Source: the human T2T-CHM13v2.0 reference genome, Homo sapiens. From it: a stretch of DNA of 64,000 nucleotides. Location of the stretch: assembly GCF_009914755.1 (NCBI RefSeq), contig NC_060926.1. The stretch is one strand, 5' to 3'. Below the pieces are notes generated by a model. The model did no database searches. It worked only from the letters and a program-made list of their open reading frames with translations, and was not told the DNA's origin. The position numbers and the translations under genes are program-made. Below are positions 40,507 to 53,347 of this stretch, in pieces. Numbering within the stretch: the stretch's first letter is position 1; each line of letters begins with the position of its first letter.

Positions 40507-40803
40507 GGCAGGGCGCGGTGGCTCACGCCTGTAATCCCAGCACTTTGGGAGGCCGAGGCAGGCGGATCACAAGGTCAGGAGGTCGAGACCATCCAGGCTA
40601 ACACAGTGAAACCCCGTCTCTACTAAAACTACAAAAAAATTAGCCGGGCATGGTGGCGGGCACCTGTGGTCCCAGCTACTCAGGAGGCTGAGGCAGCAGA
40701 ATGGCATGAACCCAGGAGGCAGAGCTTGCAGTGAGCCAAGATCGTGCCACTGCACTCCAGCCTGGGTGACAGAGCAAGACTCCATCTCAAAAAAAAAAAA
40801 AAA
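40507..40803 (+). mobile_element. AluY-type, full length
   Basis: GAGACCATCCAGGCTAACACAGTGAAACCCCGTC; GAATGGCATGAACCC; GAGCTTGCAGTGAG; A tail. Confidence 0.95.
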
Positions 40804-41028
40804 AATTATGATTCCTGCAGCTATAACATCTGACCTGTCTTTGCAGCTGGTTGGAGCTTTTCTAGCCCGCCCAAAGTCCAAATGACTTCTGTCCAATTCC
40901 AAATAAAGACATGTGTTTCAAAGCACAGCATTTTTCTTTCGTAGATTATGTTATGAACAGTGATTTATTTGGAAAGAATTTTGATGTTTTTACCCCAGGT
41001 GAGAGGCACAAATATATATATATATATA

Positions 41029-41058
41029 ACCTGTGATATATATATATATATCACAGGT
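41029..41058. repeat. Perfect 30-bp palindrome ACCTGTG(AT)8CACAGGT
   Basis: Read directly. Confidence 0.95.
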
Positions 41059-42004
41059 AATAAACATCTAGGTCTTCATTGGAGGAAACAAAATAGCATA
41101 AAGTGAACATATAAAATATTTTTCCCAAAAGGCAGGGCAAAAAACACAAACAAAATTTCCAGATATAAAACACATTGAAACTAATAACTTTAAAAAGAGA
41201 ACTATCATTGCCCTTGGAGAAGGTAGTCATATTTAATTCTTCCCTGAATGACAACATGCAACTTCCTTTTTTGATGAATTAATTGATTAGGATTCCCATA
41301 AACAGTCTTCTTTCAGCATTTGTGAAAATCGTGCATTTATAATCACTTTGAAAATGGAAGAGAAGGGGAACCCTACTGGCAGAGAGCGAGGAGGGCCAAT
41401 CACCTCCCAGCTCCAGGGTTAACGACGCCCTCTGCTTACATCCCAGAAACAAGGGGTGCTGCACATATGCAAAACCCGGTCGCAGAATGTATTGCCTGAT
41501 GAAGGAAACAATTCCAATGCATAAATCAATAAATGCCTGAACCGTGTGGCGCAGATGACCTTTTGGATGTGAGTGTGAACTATATTCCTAAAAAGGCCTT
41601 TTGCACACAGATACCAAGCAAGACAAGGGACTAACAGAGCATAACTGGTGCTGGGGTTTGCAGCAGTGCCCGTTGCTGCTGCCCTCCTCTGCCTTTACTT
41701 ACAGCACCTGTCAGCTGATGCAGCTCACGCCCCAGGATCCTGGCAGGTGGCACAGAAGAGGCCCTTTTCCCCTCTGGCTGAGTTCATCCTGATATGACTT
41801 TGGCCTCTTGTTCACGACTAGACCTTTCAGGATCCTCAGACGCTCCTGGCATCTGGGAGCTGCTAGTTGGAGGGGCCAGTGACTGTACCCATTTGCTGGA
41901 CGTCAAGCATGATGTTTGCATCTTGGGTTCCCTATGTGATTTCACCCTTGCAGCAATTTTGCAAGGTGAGTTTTATATCTGTTTCTCACTTTAAAAAATT
42001 GGGG

Positions 42005-42137
42005 TAACAAATCTGCACATTGTGCACATGTACCTAGAACTCAAAGTATAATTTTAAAAAATCCTATAAAGAATGGACCGCTAATACTTAAGTGATAATA
42101 ATACTGTAATAATAAAAATCTTGCATTTATAGAAAAA
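42005..42137 (+). mobile_element. Ultra-short L1PA 3' end with probable 3' transduction, inserted in a MIR
   Basis: TAACAAATCTGCACATTGTGCACATGTACCTAGAACTCAAAGTATAAT (L1PA terminus); TSD AAAAAATTGGGG 41993-42004 / AAGAAATTGGGG 42136-42147. Confidence 0.7.
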
Positions 42138-43108
42138 GAAATTGGGGCTCAGGAAAGTTAACTTGCTGGGCCAAACATCCATGGTGGCAGGGTTAGAATT
42201 TGAACCTTGACTGACCCTGAAGCCCAAGTTCCTTCCAGCACAGCATCTGAATTAAGCCTGGCAGTTTTAGCATCATTCACTTACTCTGTGTTTCTGGATC
42301 TCTATCTCATGCAAGTCTGACTGGCAAGGACTATGCATCTCCTGAGACCCAGGGTCTCTGCTTCCCACTAATCCACAGCCCAGCGTGGAACCCTAAGAGG
42401 CCCTGGGTCTGATGCCTTTTTCTTTATTTGTGCGTATACAGAACCTCATGACATCAGTAGAAATAGCATGCTCTGATTACTCCCCCAAACCCCACCCCCA
42501 AAAAAAATCCCAGAATAATACTCAAATTTGCAAAGAATCATACTTCCTAAGTTACTTTATATAGGAATGAAAGTTAAAAAATAGGTCATAGTGAAGCATT
42601 CACACAACCTAATAATCTTAATCAGCTGAGCAGAGCAGTAAGGCACTAATTCTGCGGGGTTGGCTTCGATGGACTTCAGGTTCTGTGCAACGCTGGCCCA
42701 AGCTGCTCAGAGCCATGGCGCTCAGCGGAGTGTGTACACTCCTCCTGTGGGCTGAGGACGCGCCACGGTCCCAGCACAGCACAGTGCATGCTGTGAAACT
42801 AAGACTTGAACGTCAGTGGAAGGTCAGTGCTGAAGCTGAGTCCAAGCGGCCACGAATCGTAAAAATGTCCAGAGGAATTCAGCACTCCTCTAGGAGAATT
42901 ATGCAACAGGAAAACCCAATGGACCCAAATCAATTCAGCAACTTTTTTTAAAAGCACTTCTCATGGCAAAATACCAGAATGAATGTTAAAGGGGATGCAA
43001 AGCCGAGAAAAGGAGTGAGTAAGTAAAAGCACAACATTTGGAGGCAGCGAGACTTGGGTTCAAATTCCTGCTCTATAACTTACTGGTCAGAACATCTTGA
43101 GCAACTAA

Positions 43109-43403
<295 letters not shown>

Positions 43404-44189
43404 CATCCTTTTTTTTTTTCCTTTTTTTAAATGATAATAATGACATCTACCTTTTAAGGTTGTCATTAGAGTTAAATAAGATTATGTAAGTGAAACAGTT
43501 GGTACATAGCCTGTGTGGCATATTTAATAAATGATAACTTTATTATTTTAATAAGTGCGAGTCCTTGAGCTCAAAGAGCTGCAGCCAGTGGCATGTGAAA
43601 GAGAACACAGTGAGAACTAGACAGTGGGTACAGAGGGGACCAGGCGGGCCTTCCTCCCGAGTCTAATTGGGATTTGGGATGATGTCGGATGGTGCACCCG
43701 CGGCATGGGAAGAACTTCATTGTTTAAGAGCATGGGCCTTGAGGTTGTGACCGTGAGAAAGATTATTTAATCTTTTGGTAACATTTCCTTGTCTATAAAA
43801 TATGGATATTTTATATGGTTTTGGTAAGCATGAAGTTCAATAATCCAAATACATGAAGAGAAGTTCACGGTACATAGCAAGTAATGGAGACATTTACGTT
43901 TGACAATGACAATGATGGAAAAGAAGGGCAGAGCCTTGAGGCTGATGGGATCTGGGGCCCTAAGGAGGCATGGATGGAGGGAGGAAAACACTGAAGGCTG
44001 TGAGCTGTGAAGGTGCTGCCTGGGGAGAGGTTTTCTAAGCAATGCTAAGCAGGACTGGAGGTGGCTTAGCCTCCCATAGAGGTTAGAAACAGAATAGCTC
44101 CGGGTGCAGGTCTGCGGGGGCAATCAGCAGCTGGGCAAATGCAGCACAGCCCTTCACAGCCTGCTGATGCTGCAAGAGACATTCTGGGA

Positions 44190-44370
44190 GTTTCACAAGT
44201 ATGACCTCATTCAGTCTTCACAATAGCTCTACGAGGCAGGTTCTATCTCCATTTTATAGGTTAATAAGGTGACTCTCAAGGAAGCGAATAACTCCATGCA
44301 GCTCCAAATTGACTCATGGTACAGCAAGGCTTTTAGCTAAGATCTACCGGACTTCACTGCCCCTGCCTTT
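44190..44370 (-). mobile_element. MIR fragment
   Basis: CTCATTCAGTCTTCACAATAGCTCTACGAGGCAGGTTCTATCTCCATTTTATAGG. Confidence 0.55.
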
Positions 44371-44726
44371 CCCAAAATATGACATTGCTCCCCTTGGGAA
44401 TACTCATTCCTTGTGCAATGGAAACTGATGGAATTTGCATCAGGAGCAGTGGCTGGTTTCACATGACAAGACCTCAATATTCACACAAACTGTGCAGTGA
44501 GGATGGGAGTGCCTAAGTCCCAAAAGGGCTTTTCTGGATTTGTGTGGAAGCCACAAAGGCCCAAAGTAGTAAAAATATTGATGGGGGTGGGGTGGGGTGA
44601 GGGACCACAGCATTTCGCAGTGGCTCCATGTGCTACATTACCCTGGCTGGAACCAGTTAGGATATTTAGGATGGCACAGGAGCAGGGAGTGGGCCAGGGT
44701 GTTGTTACAGGAAGGAGGGATAGTGA

Positions 44727-45086
44727 TGATATGGTTTGGCTGTGTCCCCACCCAAATCTCATCTTGAATTGTAGCTCCCATAACTCCCACATGTTGTGGG
44801 AGGGACCTGGTGAGAGATAATTGAAACATGGGGGCAGTTTCCCCCATACTGTTCTTGTGGTAGAATAAGTCTCATGAGATCTCACGGTTTTATAAGGGCT
44901 TTCCCCTTTTGCTTGCCTCTCCTTCTCTTGTCTGCTGTCATGTAAGATGTGACTTTGCTTCTCCCTTGCCTTCTGCCATGATTGTGAGGCCTCCCACGTG
45001 GAACTGTGATTCCATTAAAGCTCTTTCCTTTATAAATTACCCAGTCTCGAGCGTCTTCGTTAGCAGCATGAGAACAGACTAATACA
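44727..45086 (+). mobile_element. THE1 solo LTR (MaLR)
   Basis: TGATATGGTTTGGCTGTGTCCCCACCCAAATCTCATCTTGAATTGTAG...ATTAAA...GAACAGACTAATACA; no matching 5-bp TSD. Confidence 0.93.
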
Positions 45087-48057
45087 GCCAGCAAGCTAAG
45101 GAGTACGTGGAGAGTGCTTCAGCACAGGGAGGATGGGTCCTACGGCCATGGTGAACCAGAGCAAGCCAGGTGGGGAAACTGAGCCAGGAGGCGAATAGAA
45201 AGTGTGCAGATGCTGTAGGGGCAGGGCGTGCCTGGGAGCAGCTGACGTCTGGGCAAATGGTACCCTGAAACACAAAGTCTGAGAAGAGTGTTTGAGAAAA
45301 GGAGCAACAGCCCTGTGCTAGCTGCTGCTTCACAGATGGCACGTGGGGCAGACTTTGGCCTCGCAGTCTCCCTTACCCTCACAGGAAGCTCAAGCACAGG
45401 GGCCTCGCCCTCACTTCCATGGGGAAACTGAAACTCAGAGAGGTGGAGTGAATTCCGAAGATCCCCAAACAGGTAAAAAGCGGAGCAGAGTGTAAACCCA
45501 CATGAAGGCGTCAAAGTGCACGCTTTAGTATGTTCTAGAAAGAAAATTGGAGGCTGTATAAGAAGCGGATGTGGCGATACACCATACTGGGGGAAATGAG
45601 GGGGATGAAACCTAATAAAGGAATGGACAGAAAAAAAATGCCCCAGATGGAAGCAACAGGATTTCCTAAATGGCTGGGTTTTAGGAGAAGGGGACAGGGA
45701 AGGCCGAGGTTGCCCTGCAGTTCACCGCTTGGTGGGCTGAAGTGGGAAGGTGCAACCAGCTAGCATGAACTCAGATGAAAGAAGAGACCCAGTGTGGTCA
45801 GGGTGTGCTGAGCTCAAGGAACGCAGGGGCATCGAAGGAGAAATATCCTGCAAGGAGGTGCCTGGATCCGTCAAGCTACAGTCAGGGATGTGAAATTCGG
45901 CTGTGAAGATGAGAGTTAAAATCATGGAATGGACACCATCCTTAAGGCAAGTATGTCAAATAAGAAAAAAAAAACCAAGGACAGAGGCTTCAGAACCACA
46001 TCCTAAGCTCCCACACCACTCAAGTTCCTTTAAGGTCACGCATCCAATACCCGCTTTGCATGTCTAACTTCAACATTCATTGAAGATTTACTCTTCTAAT
46101 CAGTATTAATAAAAGATGAGATTCGGGGGGATAGCAGATGGGAATTCCAAAATGCTAGAAACAGACTTATAAGATAAGATAGAGTTTAAAACAAGGTCAT
46201 TTTCCAATTCCATGCAAGCCCACATCCATTTGATGCATGTACTTGTAGACTTTGGATAGAAGGATTTATTTCCTGAGTCGTAAATAATCAATAAGGTTTT
46301 CTGTCATTGTTAACTAGGCATGAGGGCTAATGAAAAGTATGGAAATAATAGAGTAATTTACCTCTATAATACAGAAATTTCCTTTTCACACATTTTACTC
46401 TTAATAATCAGTGAGATGAGGGGCATCATTCTTTGTAAATTTGCACATCAACATGGGGGAACAGAGTGGAAAAGAGAGAAGACATGTAAAGTGCAAAACA
46501 GCTATGATTAAAATGCAAAATATTTTATTTTAAGGTCAGTTTTTCCACATTTAGACCACAAATAGCCTATGAAAATTATTCATAAATTTCTTATCCTAAA
46601 AATAGTAATACGTATAACAAAAGTTGCTGTTTAACATTAAACAATCAGAAAAAATGTTTGAAAACTTTTTTGGCCTGAGTAATAAACTCACAAATAGAAA
46701 TCAATGGTAAGAAAGTTCAACTGGAAAACCACGCCAGGAAATCTGCAAGAGGAGCTCCATTTTTCATTAATTTCCAATATATAACAAGCTGCTCTCACTG
46801 GTGTGTGTTTTCGGCTTGAAGATAACCCGCGGCAGTTGTTAACCCTGAGCTGCCTTCCGTTTACAGAACCTTGACAACATCCCTGCCTCGAAATCAAGAA
46901 TCACATGTTTAGGGAATTCAAACTCATTTAGTTATTAGCCTAAGTAAAATATTATTATGAAGATAAATCTGTAGGGAAGAGGGAAAAACCCAAACAAGCC
47001 ATTCACAAGGCAAATAGAAATGCCACTTTGATTAACTCGTGTTTTAGTGCACACCTGAGCAGGTGTCTCTTTGCGGACATTATTATATGGTGCACCCAAG
47101 CATTCGGGGCGATGTGTAGATTTGTAGCTGTGTTTCTCTTCCATCAGCCCAGTCTCCTGTGTGTGGGGTGCACCCAGGCCTGGGCTGGGGCTCAGTGATC
47201 AGGGCCTCCCAAGGCCATCTATCGCTCAACACTTTCTAAATTATCTGGAGATAAAGGGTGAGGATTTTTAAAGATTCCCACACACTTATTTTAGACTAAT
47301 TGTTTTATAAGATAACTTACAATACTTTTTGGAAATGGCCATGCCCTTGAATTTGTATTGAGATCAAATTGTTACAGAAGCTTCTGTATTCTCAGGCTGT
47401 GCGCTTCTCTGGACATGGTGGTTTACAAAGACCTTGTGGCCCTGCTCAACTGCAGCCCACATTCTGAGCAGCACCGCAATAGCATCTCTCAGTGTCTTTG
47501 CTCTCTTACAAAATGGGGGCACACTTGCCATCTCATGAAGGTTGTGAAGGTTACAGGAGGTAACGGATGTGAGTGCTTTATATGCAGGCAGCTTTTAGGT
47601 CATTGCTGCTAGCCTGGTTCCCTTGCTGACTCCCATCCTACTTCTGCCTTGCATTCTCTCCACATGCTCTTCCCTCCAAGCTGTCATAGAGATTCCCAAA
47701 AGATTCAGCTTTGGAAGCCAAGTGCCATCTGCCATTGGTGAGCCCAGTAATCTCCAGTAGCCCCTGGATTTGTGCTCCCCGGCAAGCCCTCACAGCTCAG
47801 CCTGGTATCAAGGCTCTCACGTCTTGCTTAACATCTTGACCCTTTTCTTCTCTATAGTGCCTTCTGCCTGAACGTCTTTCCTCCAATCAAGAAGGCAGAA
47901 TCACAGTGGGTCCATTTGCATAAATTCAATCCTCTTTGATTCTCCCAGCCAGAATTATGTCTTGCTATTCCCAAATCATACAGTCCTTTATCTCTGCCTC
48001 CAAATCTATTCATGACTTCTGATCTAATATTAGAAAGCACATATACAACATAGCACA

Positions 48058-48412
48058 TGGGCTGTGGACTAATGTTTGTGTCTCTCCACAATTCGTATCT
48101 TGAGCCTGATGTGATGGTGTCAGGAGGTGGGTGGGGCGTGTGGAGAGTCATTAGGTCAAGAGCGTGGCGTCTTCATGAAGGGACTGGTGTCCTTTTAAGA
48201 AGGAAGAGAGAGCCAGCTCTGCATCTTCACCTTGTGGGGATGTGGCCAGAAGAGACTGTCTGCAACCCAGGGAGGGAGCCCTCGCCACACACCAGATGTG
48301 CAGGCACCTTAGTCTGGACTTCGGAGCCTCCAGAACTATGAGAATTGATGCCTGTTGTTTAAGCCGTCTGGTAGTTGGTGCCTTGTGGCAGCAGCCTGGG
48401 CAGCCTCACACA
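48058..48412 (+). mobile_element. MLT1A-like MaLR LTR
   Basis: GGACTAATGTTTGTGTC...GGGACTGGTGTCCTTTTAAGAAG...GCCTCCAGAACTATGAGAA. Confidence 0.75.
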
Positions 48413-48647
48413 ATGTTTGTAGACAGCAATGGACTGAGAGCTGCCTGCATCTGCCTCATCACATTCCTTTAGTCATGAGCTTGCTGTCTTGTCCAGTCAC
48501 ATGAAATAATTTATCCCCTTTGCAAATCTATCTGTGAGTCTCTACCATGTGCCAGATAGAGGGATGGATGAAGAGGGACAGAAGGGAATGATCTGTCACT
48601 GAATCAGAGGTCTGTTCCACTTGAGATTTGCCCCCAAAAATGACACA

Positions 48648-48728
48648 CGAGCAATGAAAAAATTACAGCCAATCCGAGCAATGAAAAAATTACAGCCAAT
48701 CCAAGCAATGAAAAAATTACAGCCAATC
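48648..48728. repeat. 27-bp tandem repeat x3 (CGAGCAATGAAAAAATTACAGCCAATC)
   Basis: Read directly; one mismatch in the third unit. Confidence 0.97.
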
Positions 48729-49656
48729 TCCCTAATTGGTACTCAATGTATTCAGGGATTCTTTAAGTGTGGCCATAAAAGGACATTAAGGACAATACAT
48801 AATCAAGCAAAAGTAGTTAATAAAGAAAGTACAGCACAGTCTCTGCCTGCCCTGGTGCTCCTGCCCCAGCTCAGTCAGGATGCCGTGCCCCCTCCCAGCC
48901 AGTTTGAGGCTGCAGAGATGTCACCGAGACTGAGCAAAGCAGTGCCGGGCATCCTGCTCATCATGACCTTCCTCTTTAAAAATCGGCTGACGCTGACTCT
49001 TGTTTCATTTCTTTTCCCTTCCTGGTCATGTTGTCGAGTTTATTATGTCAGAATGTACAAACTCCTTACCCGTGTCAAGGATGTGGTTGCGTGTTCTTCG
49101 CTTCCTCCTTCCGGGGAGCATGCCGCGGCCTTGCTGGCTCGAGAGGTCCCGTGTCTGTGTGTGTACACATGTGTTTACGGATTCTCACCATGAATCACGT
49201 CTGCAGTGAAGGGTTCTGACATCTAGCAAGGAACTGACAAGTAACCCTTTTGTTTTTCTCTGTCTCAACAGTCTGGCCAGGTCACAGGGGGACACAGTGC
49301 CAACAACATGGATTTTTAAATTAGAATTTGAGGAGCTCCCCGCAGGCATACTGGCTCAGTTGCCCACACAGTCCAAGAACACCCACCTGAGGAAGGCTTT
49401 ATGGAGCTCTCTCATTTTGTTTATTCCAGTTAATGAAAGACAATTCTTACATTCCTAAAACAATGTTCACACACATCAGCCATGATGTGATATGATAAAG
49501 GATGGCTTAAAAAGCTCCCACCCCATTCGAATGGTGGGAATTTACACTGCAGGTCAGTTTGTCTTTAAATGCAGATCTGTCTGCACGTCTCCTAGAGGGA
49601 ACAAACAGAGCCTGCCAGCCAGATGGCCTCTCTGAGCCAAGGCGCTGAGGTCATCT

Positions 49657-49968
49657 GGTGGTTCTGGGAGTCAGCTGGGGCTGCCATACAAAGTGCCATA
49701 GGTCAGTGTTTAAACAACAGAAATCATTTCCTCACAGTTCTAGAAGGAGGAAGTGCAACATCGAGGAGCCAGAAAGTTTGGTTTCTAGCGAGGGCCTGCA
49801 TCCTGGCTGTCAAATGGCCACACTCGCCCTGTCCTCACTCTGGCATTGCTGAGTCTTCTCACAAAAATGCCAGCTCCCTGGACAAGGATGCCATGCCCAT
49901 GACCTCATTCCACCCCAACGACATCCTTGGGTTTGAATTTTGGAGGGACACACAGTTCAGCCCATAAT
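49657..49968 (-). mobile_element. MLT1A-like MaLR LTR
   Basis: GGGCTGCCATACAAAGTGCCATAG...TTAAACAACAGAAAT...CTCACAGTTCTAGAAGG...GAATTTTGGAGGGACACACAGTTCAGCCCATAA. Confidence 0.75.
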
Positions 49969-50173
49969 AGCGGTGTTTTTACTAGGTGGGTGGATCAATG
50001 GTAGATCTTCAAAGGGAGATATCAGAATTCAAATAAATTTAGAGGCTGGGAAAATTGTCTTCATGATTCATTCTGCCTGTCGCTGTTAGACACTCACAGG
50101 CTACACGGCTGCCTGAACTCTGCATCCTGGCGAGGCCTCGCCCCACCCAGCAATCCCACCAGCAGCAGTAATG

Positions 50174-50347
50174 CCCTCCTGCCCTGCCTGAAGCTAAAGA
50201 CGACAGTCACCCTTATTGCCCAGCTCTCTTCCCTCCTGCCCTGCCTGAAGCCGAAGATGACAGGCACCCTTATTGCCCAGCTCTCTTCCCTCCTGCCCTG
50301 CCTGAAGTCAAAGACGACAGGCACCCTTATTGCCCAGCTCTCTTCCC
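50174..50347. repeat. 57-bp tandem repeat x3
   Basis: CCCTCCTGCCCTGCCTGAAG...GACAGGCACCCTTATTGCCCAGCTCTCTT, with units at 50174, 50231 and 50288. Confidence 0.95.
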
Positions 50348-50699
50348 AACACTGCTGGGTTCCAGCCCTGTCATCGTCCACTCCTGGCACCACCTGACCT
50401 CCCATGTTCTCTGGGCCTCTAGGACACTCATGGCAGGCTCTCCCTGGCCTCACCCTGCCCCCGCCCTCGCTGAGCCCTGGTGCTCTCAGAGGTGCTGCCT
50501 GCCCAAGGGGTGGGTGTCTTCCCTTTACTGCTACTTCTCCATCTCATTTCTTTGCTTAAAAAAAGTAATGGTCAGATCTCAAACTATAAGAAAAGAGTAG
50601 AAAACAAAACAAACTGGCCTCTCAGGGGAATACACTTTAGTGTGTGCATGTTAGTGAGTTCCGACAGGAACAAAATAAACAGCTTCTGCCTCGACTCCT

Positions 50700-50960
50700 T
50701 CAACAATATCATCTCCAGCATAGGTCTCTTCTCTGAACTCCTGAAGCCCATATTCAACTACGAATTTCTCCATTAGATGAAAAGCAGGCGTCTTGGCTTA
50801 ACCTGTCTAAACTGATCTCTGGATGTCCCTCCCAAGGGCTTCCCTGCCAGTCTTTCTAGTTGAGCAAATGGCACTTTCATTCCATTGGCTGCTCGGAGGA
50901 ACTCTTGGAAGTCACCCTTGATGCTTCTTTCTCACACCCCATGACCACTGGGTCAGGAAA
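50700..50960 (+). mobile_element. L2 fragment
   Basis: ATCTCCAGCATAGGTCTCTTCTCTGAACTCC...TTAACCTGTCTAAACTGA...CTTGGAAGTCACCCTTGATGCTTCTTTCTC. Confidence 0.55.
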
Positions 50961-52184
50961 TCCTGCTGGCCCTGCACCTCCAGGGCGTCCAGGTGTCTCC
51001 CATCTCCACCCCTGGTGCCCCAGCTTCTTGCCTGTGCCCCTGCAGCCCCTGGCTCCCTTCTCTCCACTCCAGCTCCTTCTCCACCTGCAGTGGAGGGATC
51101 CTGGGACAGTGTCAGTCCCAGGAGCTCTCAGGGGCCTGTGCCTTCCGGGCCCCTTGCTGTCTCTCACGGAATCCAAAGCCTGGCTTTGTGTCCACATGCC
51201 CCCAGCGGGCTGTATCCTGCCCCCTGCCACAATTCTGGACTCTTCCCTGGTGACGCTCCTCCTCATTCCTCTGCTGGGGCACCAATGGCCTATTTACTAT
51301 CGCAGGACCTTTCGGCCCTGGTCCTGCCTTCAGCCATTGAGAAAAACACTAAATAGTGAGGGAGAAGAAAAACAAAATGAGTAAGAACAAGGATTTTCCT
51401 TAAGGATTAAAACACATCTAGAAATGACCCCTGATAAATGAGATGTTTGGAAACAACAGAGACCAATACAGAAAGTGGGTGGCCATGGAGAAGTCTCAAA
51501 TTCCATCATGTTCCTGTAGGACTGGGGCTATGGTTTGGTAGCTTTTTAAATGTATCATGCCAGGAAGATTTAAATGTTCTACCTCCCCAGATAGTAATCC
51601 TCCTAAGGACCAGTCTTTGGCCTGGTCGCCCAGCCAAAGCCAGTGTCTGGAGGGAATGGGAAGCCACTCAGAGCATAGGGCAGTCAGGGCCTGTAGGCAG
51701 TGCCTGGACCTGCAGTGAGTGTCAGAGGCACCTGCCCCAGGGTAGGGGGGCTGTGACCAGGGCCACACATCTCAGAGTGGCTGCAGCAGCGGGAGGTACC
51801 CAGCTGTGAGGACTGCTGTGCTGCATGTCTGAGAGGTTACTAAGGAGGGAATTTGGGTTATAAGAAGGAAAAACACCAGAAAAGTCAATTGCTGTTTACA
51901 TGTCCAAAGGTGAGGCAGTAATATAAAAGTGTTGCTTTTATCCGCCCACAAAAAAAATTATTGTGGGTGAAATTATAATTCACATTCTTCTTGGTATTTT
52001 TAAATATTTTGTCTCCATTATTAAAACACAAAAAATTGCTGTAAAGACCTTACAGAACACTAATGAAATACTTTTCAAATGAATATAGAGAACTGATACT
52101 CAATTATCCATATGACACATTTTTACAAAAAGAAACAAAAAGGAGAAAGGTAGGCACAAAGAAGGAAGGAAAGGCATCATAGAG

Positions 52185-52390
52185 AAATTATAATTAACAA
52201 TAATTACTATATGTTTCAAAATAGCTAGAAAAGAAGAATTGTAATGTTCCCAACACAGAAATGATAAATATTTGAGGTGATGGTTATCCAATATCCTGAT
52301 ATGATCATTGCACATTGTGTACATGTATGAAAATATTATATATAACTCCAAAATATTTATGACTATTACACATCAATGGAAACTTTTAAA
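52185..52390 (+). mobile_element. L1MA-type 3' end, followed by a GA-rich tract to ~52480
   Basis: TTTCAAAATAGCTAGAAAAGAAGAATTGTAATGTTCCCAACACAGAAATGATAAATATTTGAGGTGATGG. Confidence 0.75.
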
Positions 52391-53297
52391 AAGAAAGGAA
52401 AGAAGGAAGGAAAAAAGGAAGGAAGGAAGGGAGGGAGGGAGGGTAGGAGAGAAGGGAAGGAGGGAGGGAGGGAGAGAGGACAGTGGGCAGGTGGGTTAAT
52501 GCATTCAAAGCACTCAAATGTCATTGGAATTTACTTACAACATAAACTGAACTTTTTTCCTAAAACATTTAGGAGAATAAAGGGACATTCTTAATCACTC
52601 ATAATATGTGAAGACTCTTAGCCTCTATTGCTAGTATTGGAAGATTTTGTTTCAGGAGATTTGGGCTTGTTTTTATCTAAAGCAATTTCTTGGACTAAGG
52701 GGAGTAGCCTGAGAAAGAAGGTATAGTGTACTTAAAACATATTTCTAAAATAAACAGTATTAGCTCCAGCTATACAGTTGCAATGAACTATGTTTCTAAT
52801 AACATCACTTTGCACAGGAATCTTAATTGTAGACCTTGTAAAATGTCTCCTTATGCTCATAGTCTCAGAACACGTTTAAAGCATGCCACGGTAAGATGGA
52901 GGAGAAGTGGTGATGAAGGCCTCCCAGAGCATGGGCAGAGGCTGACTCAAGCCAGCCTATAACCTGGTCCAGGGCTCATTCCATAAGACCCCGAGAGCCT
53001 CCACTCGGAGAGCTGTGAGGCTCAGCAAACACGTATTGATCCCTATGTAGTGCTATGAGGGGGCTGGAACAAGGAAAGCAGATGGCCACACACTGAGACC
53101 AGGGCAGTGTTGCACCCAGAGCATGAGCAAGTGCGGTAGAGTCAGCGGGAGCCAGTGTGCTGGTTTGGGGTGGGGACCACAGCTGGAGAGTGCTGGTGGT
53201 TGGATGTCACCTTGGGCAGACACTGAGCCAGGTCTTGGAGGATAAATGGGTAGACATGTTTGTTTGGAAAGAAATTTCAAGAAAATATAATAATAAA

Positions 53298-53298
<1 letters not shown>

Positions 53299-53346
<48 letters not shown>
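53299..53346. repeat. (TG)24 microsatellite
   Basis: Read directly. Confidence 0.97.

Positions 53347-53347
<1 letters not shown>

Noticed and set aside
48621-49193. 190-aa ORF with RAMKKLQPI repeats
   Set aside because: TTG start, repeats come from the 27-bp tandem array, and no recognisable domain.
49516-51970. Short quasi-palindromes (TCCCACCCCATTCGAATGGTGGGA; CCCACAA...TTGTGGG)
   Set aside because: Stems are short enough to occur by chance in 64 kb.
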